Origin: Candidatus Eiseniibacteriota bacterium
GTDB lineage: Bacteria > Eisenbacteria > RBG-16-71-46 > CAIMUX01 > VGJL01
DNA length: 64,000 nucleotides
Direction: 5' to 3'
NCBI GenBank assembly: GCA_963792585.1
Contig: CAWBWI010000001.1
Span: 992,001 to 1,056,000 of the forward strand
Of the stretch, positions 61,553-64,000 are shown one piece after another. A program made the translations under genes and the position numbers. The notes beneath the pieces were generated by a model, which ran no database searches, was not told the origin of the DNA, and saw only the letters and a program-made list of their open reading frames with translations. The number at the start of each line of letters is the position of its first letter. The first letter of the stretch is position 1.

Positions 61553-62887
61553 ATGGCCCAGATCCACGAGAGTCGCCGGAGCCGCTTCATGGAGGCGATG
61601 GAGGAAGGTGCGGCCGCACTCATCGTCTCCCAGCCGGAACTGATCCGGAACAACGACACGATGTACGAATACCGTCAGAACTCGGACCTCTTCTACCTGT
61701 CGGGATTCGAGGAGCCGGAGGCGGCCCTCCTCTTCCTGCCGAAGCACCCCGAGCATCGCTTCGTCATGTTCCTGCGCCCGCGCGACCCCGAGAAGGAGGT
61801 CTGGACGGGCCGGCGGGCAGGGGTCGACGGCGCCCGGTCGAATTTCGGAGCGGATGTTTCCCACACGATCGCAGAACTGGGCGAACTCCTGCCGAAGTAC
61901 CTCGAGGGAATCGACCGTCTCTACGTGAACCTGGGTCAGGATCACGAGAAGGATCTCCTGGCCCTCGAGATGGTCAACCGCACGCGGCGCGGTTCCCGGG
62001 TGGGGCTCCCCGGACCCACCCACCTGATCGACGCGGCAACGATCCTGCATGAGATGCGGCTCTTCAAAGACCCGGCCGATTTGCAGGCGATGGAGAAGGC
62101 GACCCGCATTTCGGCCGAAGGGCACTGCGAGGCGATGCGGGCAGTGCGTCCCGGAATGTACGAATACGAGCTCCAGGCCGTGATCGAGTACCACTTCCGC
62201 AAGGGCGGATGCCATCGCTGGGCCTACCCGAGCATCGTCGCCTCGGGGCCGAACGCCACGATCCTTCACTACGACTCCAACTCCCGACAGCTCCAGGACG
62301 GCGAACTGGTGCTGATCGACGCCGGCGGTGAATGGGGCTTCGTTGCGGCGGACATCACCCGGACGTTCCCCGTCTCGGGCCGGTTCAGCCCGGCGCAACG
62401 GAAGCTCTATGAGATCGTCCTCGATGCTGAGAAGAAGGCGATCGAGGCGGCGACTCCGGGCGCGAAGTTCACGGATCCCCACCAGGCGGCCCTCCGGGCC
62501 CTCGTGGAGGGGATGGTCGGCGTCGGTCTCCTGAACGGCGAGCCGGACGCGATCATCCAGGCGGAGACCCAGTACAAGCGATATTTCATGCACAAGACGA
62601 GTCATTGGCTGGGAATGGATGTGCACGACGTCGGCCGATACATGATCCGAGGGGAAGCCAGGCCGCTGGCGCCGGGGATGGTGCTGACGATCGAGCCCGG
62701 GATTTACGTCCCCGAGGACGACACCCAGGCCCCTCCCGAGTTCCGGGGGATCGGGATTCGCATCGAGGACGACGTCCTGATCACGGAAAGTGGGAATCGA
62801 ATCCTCACCTCAGGGGTACCTAAGGAAGTCGACGAGATCGAGAGGCTCTGCGGCAGCGGGTCGGTCCAAGGAGCGAACCGGCCCTGA
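61553..62887 (+). CDS. pepP: Xaa-Pro aminopeptidase
   Basis: 'YRQNSDLFYLSGF', 'LHY', 'DAG', 'DITRT', 'HWLGMDVHD', 'TIEPGIY', 'GIRIEDD'. Confidence 0.95.
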   Translation: MAQIHESRRSRFMEAMEEGAAALIVSQPELIRNNDTMYEYRQNSDLFYLSGFEEPEAALLFLPKHPEHRFVMFLRPRDPEKEVWTGRRAGVDGARSNFGADVSHTIAELGELLPKYLEGIDRLYVNLGQDHEKDLLALEMVNRTRRGSRVGLPGPTHLIDAATILHEMRLFKDPADLQAMEKATRISAEGHCEAMRAVRPGMYEYELQAVIEYHFRKGGCHRWAYPSIVASGPNATILHYDSNSRQLQDGELVLIDAGGEWGFVAADITRTFPVSGRFSPAQRKLYEIVLDAEKKAIEAATPGAKFTDPHQAALRALVEGMVGVGLLNGEPDAIIQAETQYKRYFMHKTSHWLGMDVHDVGRYMIRGEARPLAPGMVLTIEPGIYVPEDDTQAPPEFRGIGIRIEDDVLITESGNRILTSGVPKEVDEIERLCGSGSVQGANRP

Positions 62888-62898
62888 TGGAGGTGGAC

Positions 62899-63297
62899 AT
62901 GAGGTCATCGATGCGCGGTCCCGCGGTTGTGGCGGTCGTGGCGGTCCTGCTCATCGCGATTGCCTGGCTGACCCTCCAAGAGGGGAACATGGCGATCGCC
63001 AAACCGTCCGGGCCCGCGTCCGGGCAGATCCAACTGGTCTACGGGATCGGCGGCGTCCTGACCAAGGACGGCATGCTCTGGACCTACCGGCCGGACACCG
63101 GAAAGTGGTTGACCGTCGACGAGGCCTTCCTGGCGCAGGAGAAGACGACCCACGTTCTCCCGCTGCCGGTGCCCGCATCGTCGATTGCGCAGATGGAGAG
63201 CTTCGGCTTCCTGGTGACCGATGCGGGGAGTTGCTGGCTCTATGATTTGGAGAAGGACAAGTGGCTGGAAATCGGCGGGCCGCCCGCGCGGCATTGA
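62899..63297 (+). CDS. Hypothetical exported or membrane-anchored protein
   Basis: GGAGG SD, hydrophobic N-terminal segment, two similar W-x-Y-x-x-x-x-x-K-W beta-hairpin motifs. Confidence 0.65.
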   Translation: MRSSMRGPAVVAVVAVLLIAIAWLTLQEGNMAIAKPSGPASGQIQLVYGIGGVLTKDGMLWTYRPDTGKWLTVDEAFLAQEKTTHVLPLPVPASSIAQMESFGFLVTDAGSCWLYDLEKDKWLEIGGPPARH

Positions 63298-63358
63298 AGG
63301 CTCTTCCCGAGAAGCCTATCCTTGTGAGGCGTAGGGGCGATCCGAAGGAGGTGTTCCC

Positions 63359-64000
63359 ATGGTCCGTGTCCTGACTGCAGCCGTCTTGTTTGGCTTGCTC
63401 TTCGCGGGGCCGGCGCATGCGACCACGATTGGACTCGATGATGTGATCCGCATGCTGGAGGCCGGTGTCAGCGAGGATGTGATCCTCAAGGCGATCGATG
63501 CCGACGAGGCTCGGTTCGTCGTGACAACCGAGGACCTGATCGATCTGACCCAAGCGGGCGCGAGTGACGAATTCATCGAGGAGTTGCTGGATCGGAGCGC
63601 CGACTCGCAGGACGACGCCACGGATCTCGAGAGCACCTATCGCGTCCTCGAGCGACCCTACTCCACGTACGTCTCGATCGGCTGGGTCTACGATCCGTTC
63701 GACTACTACTTCGTCTCCTGGCCGTACTACTACGCCTGGGTGAACCCTTGGCATTTCGGCCACGCCTGGTGGTATTACGGCGGCCCCTACCACCACGACT
63801 GGTGCGGCTCCGGCGGCTACCGAGCCGACTACTACAACCGACACTGGGGCTCGCACACGGTCTGGGACCGCGGATACCGCGATGGCAGGTATCACGTCCC
63901 CACCTACCGGCCCAGCAAGGAGATTCGGACCGCCGGCCTGTACGATCGCAACGTTCGCGGACGATCCACGCGGGTTGACGGCAAGCCCAACCACACTTGG
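63359..64000 (+). CDS. Hypothetical secreted protein with a Trp/Tyr-rich region (runs off the window)
   Basis: Not in the ORF track because it has no stop in the window. AAGGAGG SD, ATG 63359, signal peptide MVRVLTAAVLFGLLFAGPAHA, twin helical motif 'DVIRMLEAGVSEDVI'/'DLIDLTQAGASDEFI', then a W/Y/H/G-rich stretch. Confidence 0.8.
   Translation, partial: MVRVLTAAVLFGLLFAGPAHATTIGLDDVIRMLEAGVSEDVILKAIDADEARFVVTTEDLIDLTQAGASDEFIEELLDRSADSQDDATDLESTYRVLERPYSTYVSIGWVYDPFDYYFVSWPYYYAWVNPWHFGHAWWYYGGPYHHDWCGSGGYRADYYNRHWGSHTVWDRGYRDGRYHVPTYRPSKEIRTAGLYDRNVRGRSTRVDGKPNHTW

Overview
GC-rich bacterial chromosomal window made up mostly of housekeeping genes. It probably comes from an FCB-adjacent lineage such as Ca. 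Eisenbacteria or Krumholzibacteriota; this is inferred only from gene order and from four secreted proteins with a FlgD-Ig/'secretion tail' C-terminal domain. From left to right: a complete moxR-DUF58-batABCDE-type operon; HIT, glyA, ilvE, a low-molecular-weight phosphatase and tsaC; a deoxyhypusine-synthase-like gene; a secreted BNR/VPS10 beta-propeller protein; gapN; an intact IS1380-family element (16-bp IRs, CTAG target duplication coinciding with the purE stop codon); purE-purD, a LarA-like gene, pcrA, tamB and an Omp85 gene; the rplM-rpsI-rpsB-tsf-pyrH-frr-uppS-cdsA-dxr cluster; mtnA, maf, dtd, an OMP, rel, recJ and a PPIase; rlmD; a secreted M4/M36-like metalloprotease; a yitJ-like HMT/MTHFR; TPR and PDZ proteins; two tandem paralogous secreted Cys-motif proteins; nfeD-SPFH; a flavin reductase; fabL; proline dehydrogenase; pepP; and two unknown secreted proteins. 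Three genes (tamB, rel, yitJ) carry single-base frameshifts, two of them in G homopolymers, which most simply suggests long-read consensus errors. I saw no tRNA, rRNA or CRISPR array. I cannot establish a clearly new system from sequence alone. The best leads are a SAM-II/V-like pseudoknot over the yitJ ribosome-binding site, the tandem PxGW-QFC-C module proteins, the possibly split Rel, and the structured ends of the IS1380.
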